From Bacteroidota bacterium (lineage in GTDB: Bacteria > Bacteroidota > Bacteroidia > Flavobacteriales > TMED113), in contig JAYYFR010000008.1 in assembly GCA_036158635.1 (NCBI GenBank), positions 684 to 64,683 on the forward strand: DNA of 64,000 nt, written 5' to 3'. Positions 10,139 to 19,952 of the stretch are shown here, one piece after another; the first letter of the stretch is position 1; each line of letters opens with the position of its first letter. The notes under the pieces are model-generated. The model saw only the letters and a program-made list of their open reading frames with translations. It was not told where the DNA came from and made no database searches. The position numbers were made by a program, and so were the translations under genes.

Positions 10139-11211
10139 TTATTTAAATAAACAGTTGTTGATGGAAATGCAAAATCACTTTTATGTTTTTTTACAATATC
10201 CATTATTTTAAAATTGATTTCTTCAGTTGTATTTAAATATTTATCCCAATCTGTACCTTTAACATAAAATACAACTAAGATATCTAATGAGCTTGATCCA
10301 AATTTTATGAATTTAACTCTTCCAAAATTTTTGTCAGTATTTTCATGCAAGTCTATTATTGCCTTTATGTCTTTTGTTATTTTTTTTATTTGGGATTTTG
10401 TGGTTTCATAAGTTAGTCCAACATAAAATTTTGCCCTCCTTGATGTTCTCATTCCTAAATTATCAACTTCAGCATCTACCATTTTTTTATTAGGAACTGT
10501 CACTAAGCTTTTGTCAAATGTTCTTATTCTTGTACTTCTAAAACCAACACTTTCAATAACGCCTGTCACAGCGCCAACTGTTACAATATCTCCAACAATA
10601 AAAGGTCTGTCTAGGAAAATGACAAAAGAACCAAATAAATTTTCCAAACTTTCTTTAGCAGCCATTGCAATAGCAATACCCCCGACTCCTAAACCAGCTG
10701 CAAGTGCTGTTATATTAATATTGAAAATATTACTTGAAATTACGAATATTCCAAATATCATTATTAAAATCTTAATAATTGAAGTTAGGAATGGGATTAG
10801 TTGATCATCAAGTTTAGATTTAGTTTTTTCTGCCTTTTTTATTAATATTAAATTAAAAAAATCAGTAATTTTTAAAAGTAACCATACAATTAATATTGCA
10901 AATAGAAAATATAATAATTTTGAAAAAAATGAAAAGCTTATTATTGATAATTCATTTATAATTACTTTGCTGTCAATAATTTTGGTGCCCAAGAAAAAAA
11001 ACAAAAAAATAATAATTAATTCAAGAGGTTTTTTAACAGTTTTATAGAAATCATTACCATTTAATGTGTTTACTTTAAACATAAAATCAAAAAGTAATTT
11101 GCTAATATTTTTTGAAATAATTTTTTTTAAAATTAATCCTAAACAAAATATTAATGCAAATAAAAAATAGTCTTCAATTGTATTTCCAAGTATTTTATAA
11201 TTTAAATTCAT
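10135..11211 (-). CDS. Small-conductance mechanosensitive channel (MscS family)
   Basis: Several transmembrane segments; AGLGVGGIAIAMAAKESLENLFG, DRPFIVGD, VGFRSTRIRTFD, FAFPS. Confidence 0.93.
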   Translation of the reverse strand: MNLNYKILGNTIEDYFLFALIFCLGLILKKIISKNISKLLFDFMFKVNTLNGNDFYKTVKKPLELIIIFLFFFLGTKIIDSKVIINELSIISFSFFSKLLYFLFAILIVWLLLKITDFFNLILIKKAEKTKSKLDDQLIPFLTSIIKILIMIFGIFVISSNIFNINITALAAGLGVGGIAIAMAAKESLENLFGSFVIFLDRPFIVGDIVTVGAVTGVIESVGFRSTRIRTFDKSLVTVPNKKMVDAEVDNLGMRTSRRAKFYVGLTYETTKSQIKKITKDIKAIIDLHENTDKNFGRVKFIKFGSSSLDILVVFYVKGTDWDKYLNTTEEINFKIMDIVKKHKSDFAFPSTTVYLNK

Positions 11212-11221
11212 ATGTCCAATC

Positions 11222-11935
11222 TTAGTTTTTTCTAAATATAAGAATTAATCTTTCAGACTTTTCATCAAATTTATTTAATTGATAATCACCAAAAGTGTTA
11301 ATTAATTTTAAATTTTGATTTTTACACATATTAATTATTTCTTCTTTTTTTAAGATTTGAATTCTTTCAAAGTATTTTTTGTCAAGAAATTCAATTTTTT
11401 TGTATAAGTATTTTTTGTCGTACCATTTATTAATTGTGAATGAATGGTTTTTAATTTTTTTAATTTCTTTTTTTACCATAGAGTCTAAACACTTTGACAT
11501 ATTAATAAAATCCATCACAAAAACACCATTTTTCTTAAGTGCGGTTGAAACTCCATTTATTACAATTTCATTATCTTCTTTACTTTCAAAATAACCAAAA
11601 CTTGTAAATAAATTTATAACAAAATTATATTTTTTTATTTCATTAATATTCCTCATGTCTCTGTTAAAAAAATTAAGTTTTTGATTTTCTTCTTTTTTAG
11701 CAATACTTAAGCTGTATGAAGATAAATCAATTCCGTCGACATGAAATCCTTTTTTATTTAAATAGATGGAATGCCTGCCAGTTCCGCAACATAAGTCCAA
11801 AAAATATGAGTTTTTTTTTGGTTTCAGAAATATCAATAATTTATCTATAAATAGCTCAGCTTCCTTTTGATTACGATTTTTATATAGAATATGGTAATAT
11901 TCTGAGTCAAACCAATTTTCGTACCATTCTGACAT
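11222..11935 (-). CDS. Class I SAM-dependent methyltransferase
   Basis: LDLCCGTGRH motif I, GIDLS, DMR, NLFTSFGYF. Confidence 0.9.
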   Translation of the reverse strand: MSEWYENWFDSEYYHILYKNRNQKEAELFIDKLLIFLKPKKNSYFLDLCCGTGRHSIYLNKKGFHVDGIDLSSYSLSIAKKEENQKLNFFNRDMRNINEIKKYNFVINLFTSFGYFESKEDNEIVINGVSTALKKNGVFVMDFINMSKCLDSMVKKEIKKIKNHSFTINKWYDKKYLYKKIEFLDKKYFERIQILKKEEIINMCKNQNLKLINTFGDYQLNKFDEKSERLILIFRKN

Positions 11936-11943
11936 ATTAATGT

Positions 11944-12660
11944 TTATTTATTAAGCTTCCAAGTAGTTCCAGCAGTGGGTGAGTATGATGGTTTAAATCC
12001 TAAATTTTTTAAATGTTTATGATATTCAAATAATTTCTCTTTATTATTGATTATTTCTCTTTCAAAATTTTTATCATAGTAGTTTGGAAGTTTTATATTT
12101 TCTTTTTTGGCTCTTCTTACCCAATTTCTGGAAGCACTTTTCCAACATTTCATTGAGTTTTTTCCAACTTTCCATCCTTTGGACTCATAAAAATCATACA
12201 TAATTTCGCTACCATCAATTTCTCCTAATTTTAAAAAGTAATCTTTTAAGTCTTTAATGCTTGGTTTTTTAAATTTTTTAGTTTTAAATAATTCATTTTT
12301 TCTCTTATTCTTTTTATGATTAGGTTTATCTTCAGTAACTAAAAAAAAATTGTTTACGTTATTATACAAAATCTTTACAAACATTTTTTCAGGCTTTCTA
12401 ATAATAACATCAATAAATTTAAGTTTATATAGTTTGTTAATTCCTTCTTTGATTTTAGTTTTTGAAAGTTTTGTGTTTTTTGATATTATATCTAGATCAT
12501 TAAAAATATAATGTCCTTCAATGTAATTTTTTTCATTTTTACCTTCTTGTTCTATAAGCTCAGAAAATAATAATGAAATTTCAATGCCAAGAAAAATAAG
12601 TAGCTTTTTATTTACGAAATAATAATTATTACTTGAAAGAAAAATATTTGAAGATTTCAT
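11944..12660 (-). CDS. Phage replication-initiator / replisome-organiser-like protein (N-terminal wHTH, C-terminal YESKGWKVG..MK.WK domain)
   Basis: N-terminal VNKKL..LG..LL.EL...T.LS...I...I.KL...FI wHTH-like segment; C-terminal FKKPSIKDLKDYF...YDFYESKGWKVGKNSMKCWKSASRNW, recalled from phage replication proteins. Confidence 0.6.
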   Translation of the reverse strand: MKSSNIFLSSNNYYFVNKKLLIFLGIEISLLFSELIEQEGKNEKNYIEGHYIFNDLDIISKNTKLSKTKIKEGINKLYKLKFIDVIIRKPEKMFVKILYNNVNNFFLVTEDKPNHKKNKRKNELFKTKKFKKPSIKDLKDYFLKLGEIDGSEIMYDFYESKGWKVGKNSMKCWKSASRNWVRRAKKENIKLPNYYDKNFEREIINNKEKLFEYHKHLKNLGFKPSYSPTAGTTWKLNK

Positions 12661-12717
12661 TATGATTAGTTCTATTAAATCCTAAAGTATTTCAATTTTT
12701 TTTTAAAAAAAAATATT

Positions 12718-13407
12718 TTAACAATATTTCCACAAATCATCATCTGGTGTGGGAGCAATAATTTGTATTTTATTTTTTTTAACTGGGTGAATGAAATTTA
12801 TTTCTCTTGAGTGTAGACTAATGCTACCATCTTTATTAGTTCTTTTAAAACCATATTTAATATCTCCTTTAATTGGAGAGCCAATATAGGATAATTGGGC
12901 TCTGATTTGATGGTGTCTTCCTGTTATTAATTTTATTTCATACAAGAAGTAATTTTCCATTTTTTTAATTAATTTATATTCTAGTTCAGCTTTGAGGTGG
13001 TCATCTTTTTTTTCTTTTTGCACAAAAGACTTATTTTTCTTTTGATTTTTTTTTAGAAAATGAATTAATTTTCCTTCTCTATTTTCAATTTTATTCTTTA
13101 CAATTGCCCAGTACTTTTTTTCTATTTTTTTTTCTTTAAATAATTTTGATATTCTTGATAAAGATTTACTGGTTTTAGACAATATCACAATCCCACTTGT
13201 TGGTCTGTCAATTCTGTGTGGTAAGCCAATAAATACATTTCCAGGTTTATTATATTTTTTTTTTATATAATATTTTGCTAAATCTATAAGCGATTTGTCT
13301 CCAGTTTTGTCACCTTGAGTAAGTATTCCTGGTTTTTTGTTTATTAATAATAAATGATTGTCCTCAAAAAGTATATCATTACTTTTTAAATTATCAGTAT
13401 GACTCAT
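12718..13407 (-). CDS. RluA family RNA pseudouridine synthase
   Basis: [23 protein letters not shown] (catalytic Asp), [20 protein letters not shown]. Confidence 0.95.
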   Translation of the reverse strand: MSHTDNLKSNDILFEDNHLLLINKKPGILTQGDKTGDKSLIDLAKYYIKKKYNKPGNVFIGLPHRIDRPTSGIVILSKTSKSLSRISKLFKEKKIEKKYWAIVKNKIENREGKLIHFLKKNQKKNKSFVQKEKKDDHLKAELEYKLIKKMENYFLYEIKLITGRHHQIRAQLSYIGSPIKGDIKYGFKRTNKDGSISLHSREINFIHPVKKNKIQIIAPTPDDDLWKYC

Positions 13408-14200
13408 TTTTATTAGGAAAGTTACTAGATTTCACATCACTTATATAATTCTTACATGCAATAGAAATTTCTTCGTTTAAATTTGCGTACCTTCTGATAA
13501 ATCTTGGGTTAAAATCTTGTGTCATTCCAAGCATATCATGAATAACTAGAACTTGACCATCAACATGTTTTCCAGCTCCTATGCCTATGGTTGGAATATC
13601 AATTTTTTTTGTCACTTTTTTAGCAAGTTGACTTGGTACTTTTTCTAAAACTAAAGAAAAACATCCTTTTTTTTGTAATATTTCAGAGTCTCTAATAAGT
13701 TTATTTGCTTCTTTTTCCTCTTTGGCTCTGACAGAATAGGTACCAAAATTATAAATAGATTGAGGAGTTAATCCTAAATGTCCCATGACTGGTATTCCAG
13801 ATTTTATGATTCTTTCAACAGATTCTGATATTTCTTCCCCTCCTTCCATTTTTACAGCATGAGCTTCAGATTCTTTCATTATCTTAATAGCTGAATCTAA
13901 TGCTTTTTTTGAATTTCCTTGATAAGAACCAAATGGTAAATCTACAACAACAAGTGCTCTTTTTGTTGCTCTTATTACACATTTTGCATGATATATCATT
14001 TCATCCAAAGTGATAGGTAGGGTGGTTTCATGGCCAGCTATAACGTTAGATGCAGAATCTCCTACCAATATGACATCAATTTGAGATTGGTCAATAATTT
14101 TTGCTGTTGTGTAATCATATGCTGTTAACATAGAGATTTTATCTCCACTAGTTTTCATTTCTTTGAGACTTTGAGTCGTGATTCTACTATATTTTTTCAT
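13394..14200 (-). CDS. panB: 3-methyl-2-oxobutanoate hydroxymethyltransferase
   Basis: [47 protein letters not shown]. Confidence 0.97.
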   Translation of the reverse strand: MKKYSRITTQSLKEMKTSGDKISMLTAYDYTTAKIIDQSQIDVILVGDSASNVIAGHETTLPITLDEMIYHAKCVIRATKRALVVVDLPFGSYQGNSKKALDSAIKIMKESEAHAVKMEGGEEISESVERIIKSGIPVMGHLGLTPQSIYNFGTYSVRAKEEKEANKLIRDSEILQKKGCFSLVLEKVPSQLAKKVTKKIDIPTIGIGAGKHVDGQVLVIHDMLGMTQDFNPRFIRRYANLNEEISIACKNYISDVKSSNFPNKNESY

Positions 14201-14222
14201 TTCATTTAAATAAAAATTAAAT

Positions 14223-14247
14223 CAAATCTACGAAAATTATATATTTG
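14223..14247. promoter_or_regulatory. Back-to-back Bacteroidota -7 promoter elements (TAnnTTTG) for panB and the divergent lipoprotein gene
   Basis: TATATTTG on + at 14240-14247 and TAGATTTG on - at 14223-14230, within a 51-bp divergent gap. Confidence 0.65.
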
Positions 14248-14251
14248 CATT

Positions 14252-15391
14252 GTGAGCCGTATAATTTACTTTTTATTAGTATTAATATTTTTTTTAAGTT
14301 GTAGTAATGACTTGGATATTAACGCCGAATGGGATGATATTCCTGTTATTTACTCGGTTTTAAATTCTGGATCCGTAAATCAATCTAATACAGAGCATTT
14401 TATTAGAGTTCAAAAGTCTTTTTTAGGTGATTTTTCTGCTTCTCAAATGGCTCAATTTGAAGATTCAATTTACTACAATGACAACGATATTAAAATTTGG
14501 GTTGAAAAAATATTTAATAATCAGGTCATTGATTCAATTAATATGGATTTAGTATCAAATTTAGAAAAAGACTATGGTTATTTTAACAATGACAATCACA
14601 GAGTTTATAAATTTAATTCACTTCTAACAAATGATAATGGTTTCCCAGCATACAAGTTTAAAATAAATTTACTTAATGAAATTTCTAATGAATTATCTTC
14701 TGCAGAAGTTGATATTGTTGAGCCTATTCGTATTAGAAAATGGCCAACAAATAATAGTCAATCAACTGGTTTAATGAAATTAGGTGAATCTAATAATCCA
14801 ATTTTAAACTTAGAAGTTAACCCATCAATAAATGGAAAAATGTATAGATTCTTTGTTAGGTTTAAATACATTGAAGTTGATATTTTATCTGGTCTAAAAG
14901 ATTCTTTGTTTGTTGATTGGAAATTTAGTCCTAAAGTAGCTACTGAATACCAGTTAAATGGAAATTCAAATTTGTCAATTGATTTTAATATTAACTCCAT
15001 AGAGTTTTTCCAATATCTAGCCTCTGTTATTCCTTTAAAAGAAAATGTTTACAGATACACCGATGGTGTATATTTTCAAGGTAGTGATGAAGGAGATTTT
15101 GGTATAGTTCACCCCTGTATTGAATTACATTTTGAGATTTTAGATGCAGACATGTATAATTATTTTATTTCTCAAAACTCATCAGGATTAGTTCAAAATA
15201 GACCAATATATAGTAATATTAAAAATGGTATAGGTTTAGTTTCCTCTATAAGTCAATTTTCTTTTCAAAATTTAAAATTTGACAATAAATCAAATGATTC
15301 TTTAGCTTTTGGTCAATTTACTAAGAATTTAAATTTTGCCTGTTTTAAAGAAATAGGTTTTGGTTTAGATACAGTTTTAGATTGTCAATAA
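14252..15391 (+). CDS. Lipoprotein, DUF4249-like
   Basis: GTG start; lipobox FLSC; D.PVIYSVL..., IRVQKSF, and C-terminal YSNIKNGIGLVSS. Confidence 0.7.
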   Translation: MSRIIYFLLVLIFFLSCSNDLDINAEWDDIPVIYSVLNSGSVNQSNTEHFIRVQKSFLGDFSASQMAQFEDSIYYNDNDIKIWVEKIFNNQVIDSINMDLVSNLEKDYGYFNNDNHRVYKFNSLLTNDNGFPAYKFKINLLNEISNELSSAEVDIVEPIRIRKWPTNNSQSTGLMKLGESNNPILNLEVNPSINGKMYRFFVRFKYIEVDILSGLKDSLFVDWKFSPKVATEYQLNGNSNLSIDFNINSIEFFQYLASVIPLKENVYRYTDGVYFQGSDEGDFGIVHPCIELHFEILDADMYNYFISQNSSGLVQNRPIYSNIKNGIGLVSSISQFSFQNLKFDNKSNDSLAFGQFTKNLNFACFKEIGFGLDTVLDCQ

Positions 15392-15393
15392 AC

Positions 15394-15466
15394 TGACTTT
15401 TTGTCATCTATTTATTATAAAATTATGTCAAAAATGTCCAATATTGTATTTTGGCATAGAAGTTGT
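15394..15466 (+). promoter_or_regulatory. Putative sigma54 (-24/-12) promoter with upstream TGAC-N5-GTCA palindrome, upstream of dnaK
   Basis: TGACTTTTTGTCA at 15394-15406; TGGCATAGAAGTTGT at 15452-15466 (GG-N10-GT). The same layout recurs upstream of hsp20. Confidence 0.65.
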
Positions 15467-15500
15467 TTTGTTTAAATTATAATAATTAAATTTTAAAATA

Positions 15501-17399
15501 ATGAGTAAAGTAATCGGAATAGATTTAGGTACAACTAATTCGTGTGTGTCTGTAATGGAGGGTAATGAACCTATTGTAATTCAAAATAGTGAAGGAACTA
15601 GAACAACCCCCTCGGTAGTTGCCTTTTTAGAAAATGGTGAAAGATTAATAGGCCAACCTGCAAAAAGACAAGCAATTACAAACCCAGAAAAAACTATATC
15701 TTCTGTAAAAAGATTTATGGGAGAAAGTTTTAAAAATATAAAATCTGAACTTAAAAAAATATCATATAAAGTTATAGAAGGTGATAATAACACCCCCAGA
15801 ATTGATACTGGTGATAGAAAATATACACCTCAAGAAATTTCAGCAATGGTATTACAAAAAATGAAAAAAACAGCTGAAGATCATTTAGGAACAGAAGTTA
15901 AAGAAGCTGTTATTACTGTTCCTGCTTATTTTAATGATTCACAAAGACAGGCAACAAAAGAAGCAGGCGAGATAGCTGGTTTAAATGTTAGAAGAATTAT
16001 TAATGAACCAACTGCAGCTGCTTTAGCTTATGGTTTAGATAAAAAAGATCAGGACATAAAAATTGCTGTTTTTGATCTTGGAGGTGGGACTTTTGATATT
16101 TCTGTACTAGAACTTGGTGATGGAGTTTTTGAAGTAAAATCAACAAACGGTGATACTCATTTAGGTGGGGATGATTTCGATCAAGTTATTATTGATTGGA
16201 TGGCAGAAGGATTTAAAGAAAAAGAAGGTATAGATTTAAGAGAAGATTCAGCTGCTTTAGCAAGATTAAAAGAAGCTGCTGAAAAAGCAAAAATAGAATT
16301 ATCTTCAAGCACTGAAACAGAAATAAATTTACCATATGTTACTGCTACATCATCTGGACCTAAACATCTTGTTGAAAAGTTATCTAGATCTCAATTTGAA
16401 AAAATAGCTGACTCACTAATTCAAAGGTGTCTTGAACCATGTAAAAAGGCTGTTTCTGATGCAGGTCTCTCTGTTAATGATATTGACGAAGTTATATTAG
16501 TTGGTGGTTCAACTAGAATTCCTGCTGTTCAAAATATTGTAGAAACATATTTTGAAAAGAAACCATCCAAGGGAGTTAACCCAGACGAAGTTGTTGCTGT
16601 TGGAGCAGCTATTCAAGGTGGTGTGTTTAGTGGGGATGTTAAAGATGTTTTATTATTAGATGTTACTCCTCTTTCTCTAGGTATTGAAACAATGGGAAAT
16701 GTTTGTACAAAATTAATTGAAGCAAATACTACAATTCCAACTAAAAAATCTGAAGTTTTTTCTACAGCTTCTGATAATCAACCTGCTGTCGATATTCACG
16801 TTTTACAGGGAGAAAGACCAATGGCAAAAGATAATAAAACAATTGGAAGATTTCAATTAACTGATATTCCACCTGCACCGAGAGGTGTTCCACAAATTGA
16901 AGTTACTTTTGATATAGATGCTAATGGTATTATTAACGTAAAAGCTAAAGACAAGGGAACTGGAAAAGAACAAAATATCAAAATAGAATCTGGCAATAAA
17001 TTATCAGATGAGGAGATTGAAAAAATGAAAAAAGAAGCAGAAGCAAATGCTGAAACTGATAAGAAGGCAAAGGAATTCGCTGATAAGATAAATACTGCTG
17101 ATACTTTGATTTTTACTACAGAAAAACAGTTAAAGGAAAATGGAGATAAAATACCAAAAGATAAAAAACAAGAAATAGAAAGTCTTTTAAGTGCACTAAA
17201 AAAAGCTCACTCAGATAAAGACTTAGAAGGTATTGATAAGTCTATTGAAGCTTTAAACAATATGTGGCAGTCAGTTTCTCAAGATATGTATAAAAACCAG
17301 AGTCAAGAAAAACCTACTGAAAATAAAAAGAGTAAATCTAATAATGAAGATGTTACAGATGTAGATTTTGAGGAAGTTGATGATGACAAAAAATCATAA
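15501..17399 (+). CDS. dnaK: Chaperone DnaK (Hsp70)
   Basis: [50 protein letters not shown]. Confidence 0.99.
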   Translation: MSKVIGIDLGTTNSCVSVMEGNEPIVIQNSEGTRTTPSVVAFLENGERLIGQPAKRQAITNPEKTISSVKRFMGESFKNIKSELKKISYKVIEGDNNTPRIDTGDRKYTPQEISAMVLQKMKKTAEDHLGTEVKEAVITVPAYFNDSQRQATKEAGEIAGLNVRRIINEPTAAALAYGLDKKDQDIKIAVFDLGGGTFDISVLELGDGVFEVKSTNGDTHLGGDDFDQVIIDWMAEGFKEKEGIDLREDSAALARLKEAAEKAKIELSSSTETEINLPYVTATSSGPKHLVEKLSRSQFEKIADSLIQRCLEPCKKAVSDAGLSVNDIDEVILVGGSTRIPAVQNIVETYFEKKPSKGVNPDEVVAVGAAIQGGVFSGDVKDVLLLDVTPLSLGIETMGNVCTKLIEANTTIPTKKSEVFSTASDNQPAVDIHVLQGERPMAKDNKTIGRFQLTDIPPAPRGVPQIEVTFDIDANGIINVKAKDKGTGKEQNIKIESGNKLSDEEIEKMKKEAEANAETDKKAKEFADKINTADTLIFTTEKQLKENGDKIPKDKKQEIESLLSALKKAHSDKDLEGIDKSIEALNNMWQSVSQDMYKNQSQEKPTENKKSKSNNEDVTDVDFEEVDDDKKS

Positions 17400-17409
17400 A
17401 ATGAATAAA

Positions 17410-17440
17410 AAAAAAAGGAGGTAATAACCCTCCTTTTTTT
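17410..17440. terminator. Bidirectional intrinsic terminator between convergent dnaK and dnaA
   Basis: A-tract, GGAGG, loop TAATAAC, CCTCC, T-tract. The hairpin has a U-run on both strands. Confidence 0.85.
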
Positions 17441-18869
17441 AAGTCATATTAAATTTTTTTTCAATTTCTTCAATATAAGTTCTAAATGTTTTGTCTGTTT
17501 CAGCTAAATTGTTAACAGTTTTACAAGCATGTAACACTGTTGCATGATCTTTTCCTCCACATTGAGCTCCAATGTTTGCTAATGAAGATTTAGTTAATTG
17601 TTTTGAAAAATACATTGCAAGTTGTCTAGCTTGAACAATATTTCTTTTTCTAGTTTTTGATTTAAAAGAATCAATACTTAAATCAAAATAATCACAAACT
17701 ATTTTTTGAATATAATCAATTGAAACTTCTTTAGTTGTTGTTTTAACAAATCTATCAATCATATCTCTAGCTAAATTTATACTAATATCTTTTTTATTAA
17801 GAGATGATTGAGCTAATAAAGAAATGAGAGCTCCTTCTAATTCTCTAATATTAGAAGAAATACTGTAAGCTAGGTATTCAATTACATCATTAGGAATTTC
17901 GATCCCATCTTTATATAATTTATTTCTCAAAATTGCAATTCTAGTTTCCAGTTCAGGTTGTTGTAAATCAGCGGACAAACCCCACTTAAATCTAGATAGT
18001 AATCTTTGTTCAACACCACTCATGTCAACTGGTGCTCTATCAGAAGTTAAAATAATTTGTTTATTATGTTGATGAAGATGATTAAAAATATGAAAAAATA
18101 TGTCTTGAGTTTTTTCTTTAGCTGCAAAAAATTGTATGTCATCAATAATTAAAACATCTATAAGTTGATAAAAATGAACAAAATCATTTCTTGTATTGTT
18201 TCTTATAGATTCAATAAATTGTTGAGTAAATTTTTCAGCTGAAACATAAAGTACTGTTTTTTCAGGAAATCTCTCTTTAATTTCAACGCCTATTGCATTT
18301 GCTAAATGAGTTTTTCCTAATCCGACACCACCATAAATAAGTAATGGATTGAATGAAGTTCCTGCAGGTTTTTTTGAAACAGCGTATCCTGCAGACCTTG
18401 CTAGTCTATTACAGTCTCCTTCAATAAAATTATTAAAGGTATAATTTGGACTCAATTGTGAATCAATTTTTAATTTTTGTAAACCTGGTACAATAAATGG
18501 ATTTTTTATTTCATTGTTAATTACTTCAGAAGGTAAATTAATATTTTGATTATTAATTGATTTTCTTTTAATACTTGGTACTTTAATAGTGTATGGTCTG
18601 TCGTTACCATAAATATTTTCCATCATGATACTGTACACCAATTTTGATTCATCACCAAGCTGCTTTTTAATTGCACTTGTTAATAAGTCAATGTAATTTT
18701 CTTCGATCCATTCGTAAAAAAATTTACTTGGCACTTCTATGGTTAATGTTTTTTCTTTTAATTTAATTGGTTTAATAGGAGTGAACCACGTCTTGAAACT
18801 CTCATTATTTATATTGTCTTTTATATATGTAAGACAATTATTCCATACCTCAGAGGCAGTATTTTTCAT
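17439..18869 (-). CDS. dnaA: Chromosomal replication initiator DnaA
   Basis: FKTWF, NPLLIYGGVGLGKTHL (Walker A), LIIDDIQF, RLLSRFKWGL, NIRELEGAL, GGKDHATVLHA (domain IV). Confidence 0.99.
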   Translation of the reverse strand: MKNTASEVWNNCLTYIKDNINNESFKTWFTPIKPIKLKEKTLTIEVPSKFFYEWIEENYIDLLTSAIKKQLGDESKLVYSIMMENIYGNDRPYTIKVPSIKRKSINNQNINLPSEVINNEIKNPFIVPGLQKLKIDSQLSPNYTFNNFIEGDCNRLARSAGYAVSKKPAGTSFNPLLIYGGVGLGKTHLANAIGVEIKERFPEKTVLYVSAEKFTQQFIESIRNNTRNDFVHFYQLIDVLIIDDIQFFAAKEKTQDIFFHIFNHLHQHNKQIILTSDRAPVDMSGVEQRLLSRFKWGLSADLQQPELETRIAILRNKLYKDGIEIPNDVIEYLAYSISSNIRELEGALISLLAQSSLNKKDISINLARDMIDRFVKTTTKEVSIDYIQKIVCDYFDLSIDSFKSKTRKRNIVQARQLAMYFSKQLTKSSLANIGAQCGGKDHATVLHACKTVNNLAETDKTFRTYIEEIEKKFNMT

Positions 18870-19037
18870 TAAAAAAAATCAATTTATTGGGGTTAAACCA
18901 TAGCTAAAAATTAAATTGGGTTTCATTAATTTTTAGATTTTCAAATATGTAAATAAAAAAGTTTAAAAAAAAATTCTCAAGCTATTGTTTTTTATTTTTT
19001 TTAGTGTTAAGTTATAGAAATTAAGAAAAAAGATTTT

Positions 19038-19952
19038 TTAAAGTTCTTTCATTAAAATTTCATAAGCTTTTAAAGTTTCATTTATATCTTTTTTGTTAAC
19101 TTTTTCTTTTGGAGAATGAACATTTTTTTCAGCAGGCCCAATAAAGCACCAGTCAAATGGATATGGGCTTTTCTGCAACTGATTTCCATCACTTCCTCCA
19201 GCACTTTCAACTTCAATTTGAAATTTAACTTTGTTTTTAGTTAATATATTTAATATTTTATTTATAAATGTTTTTCTAGGAATTCCTGAGTCTCTAGCTG
19301 ATATAACAACACCTTTTTCAAACTTTATACCATTTGTAACCCAGGTTACATCAGAAATTAAAGCTTGCTTAACATTATAATTTTCATATATATACTTCCC
19401 AAGGTATCCTACAGACCCTCCACCAGTTTCTTCCCAACAAGAAAAAACTAAAATTCCGTCATATAAATTTTCGGCTATTTTAAGTGAATTCCAGACACCT
19501 AATCTGTTATCCATATAACAATTTTGTACATAATTTTTTGTTTCCTTCCAATTGGATTTATAGACTAAATTAGTTCCTCTATCAATTGATCTTTTAAAAT
19601 CACAAAAAATTTTTTTGTTTTTTTTGTTGTAAAGTATTTTCGTGTTTATCTTACCCCTAGAGTCGCATCCAGTTAGCATTATTCCATCTTTAACTATTGG
19701 TCCACCTAACTTTATAAGTTCATTATCATACCCAACAGTAAATCCAATAGAATCTATGTGAGAAAAAATTGCACACCTTGGCTTGCCAAAAACTAAAATT
19801 AAACAATTTTGAAAATCATCACCAAAAATAATTTTTGGTTTTCTTTTCCAATTATGTTGATTTTTTTTTACGTAATTTATTAAAAACTCTTTCATTAAAT
19901 CCTCCTCTCCAGAAGGACTAAAAATATTTTGCATTTCTTCAAGTAACTTCAT
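19038..19952 (-). CDS. M42/M20/M28-clan metallopeptidase
   Basis: SPSGEE, SHIDSIG, MDNRLG, WEETG, SDVT, GGSDG and NVHSPKE metal-ligand pattern. Confidence 0.85.
   Translation of the reverse strand: MKLLEEMQNIFSPSGEEDLMKEFLINYVKKNQHNWKRKPKIIFGDDFQNCLILVFGKPRCAIFSHIDSIGFTVGYDNELIKLGGPIVKDGIMLTGCDSRGKINTKILYNKKNKKIFCDFKRSIDRGTNLVYKSNWKETKNYVQNCYMDNRLGVWNSLKIAENLYDGILVFSCWEETGGGSVGYLGKYIYENYNVKQALISDVTWVTNGIKFEKGVVISARDSGIPRKTFINKILNILTKNKVKFQIEVESAGGSDGNQLQKSPYPFDWCFIGPAEKNVHSPKEKVNKKDINETLKAYEILMKEL

Noticed and set aside
12661-13300. Poly-A/T tracts of 8-10 nt as phase-variation switches
   Set aside because: Such tracts are common throughout this very AT-rich window, and no associated frameshift or broken gene is seen.
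11222-13407. Prophage or integrated element around the phage-like replication gene
   Set aside because: No integrase, structural genes, att repeats or visible compositional shift, and the flanking genes are housekeeping.
15392-15500. CIRCE (HrcA) operator upstream of dnaK
   Set aside because: No TTAGCACTC-N9-GAGTGCTAA; the palindrome present is a different sequence.
18870-19037. dnaA upstream region as oriC
   Set aside because: AT-rich, but I found no convincing TTWTNCACA boxes. dnaA unlinked from dnaN and oriC is ordinary in Bacteroidota.
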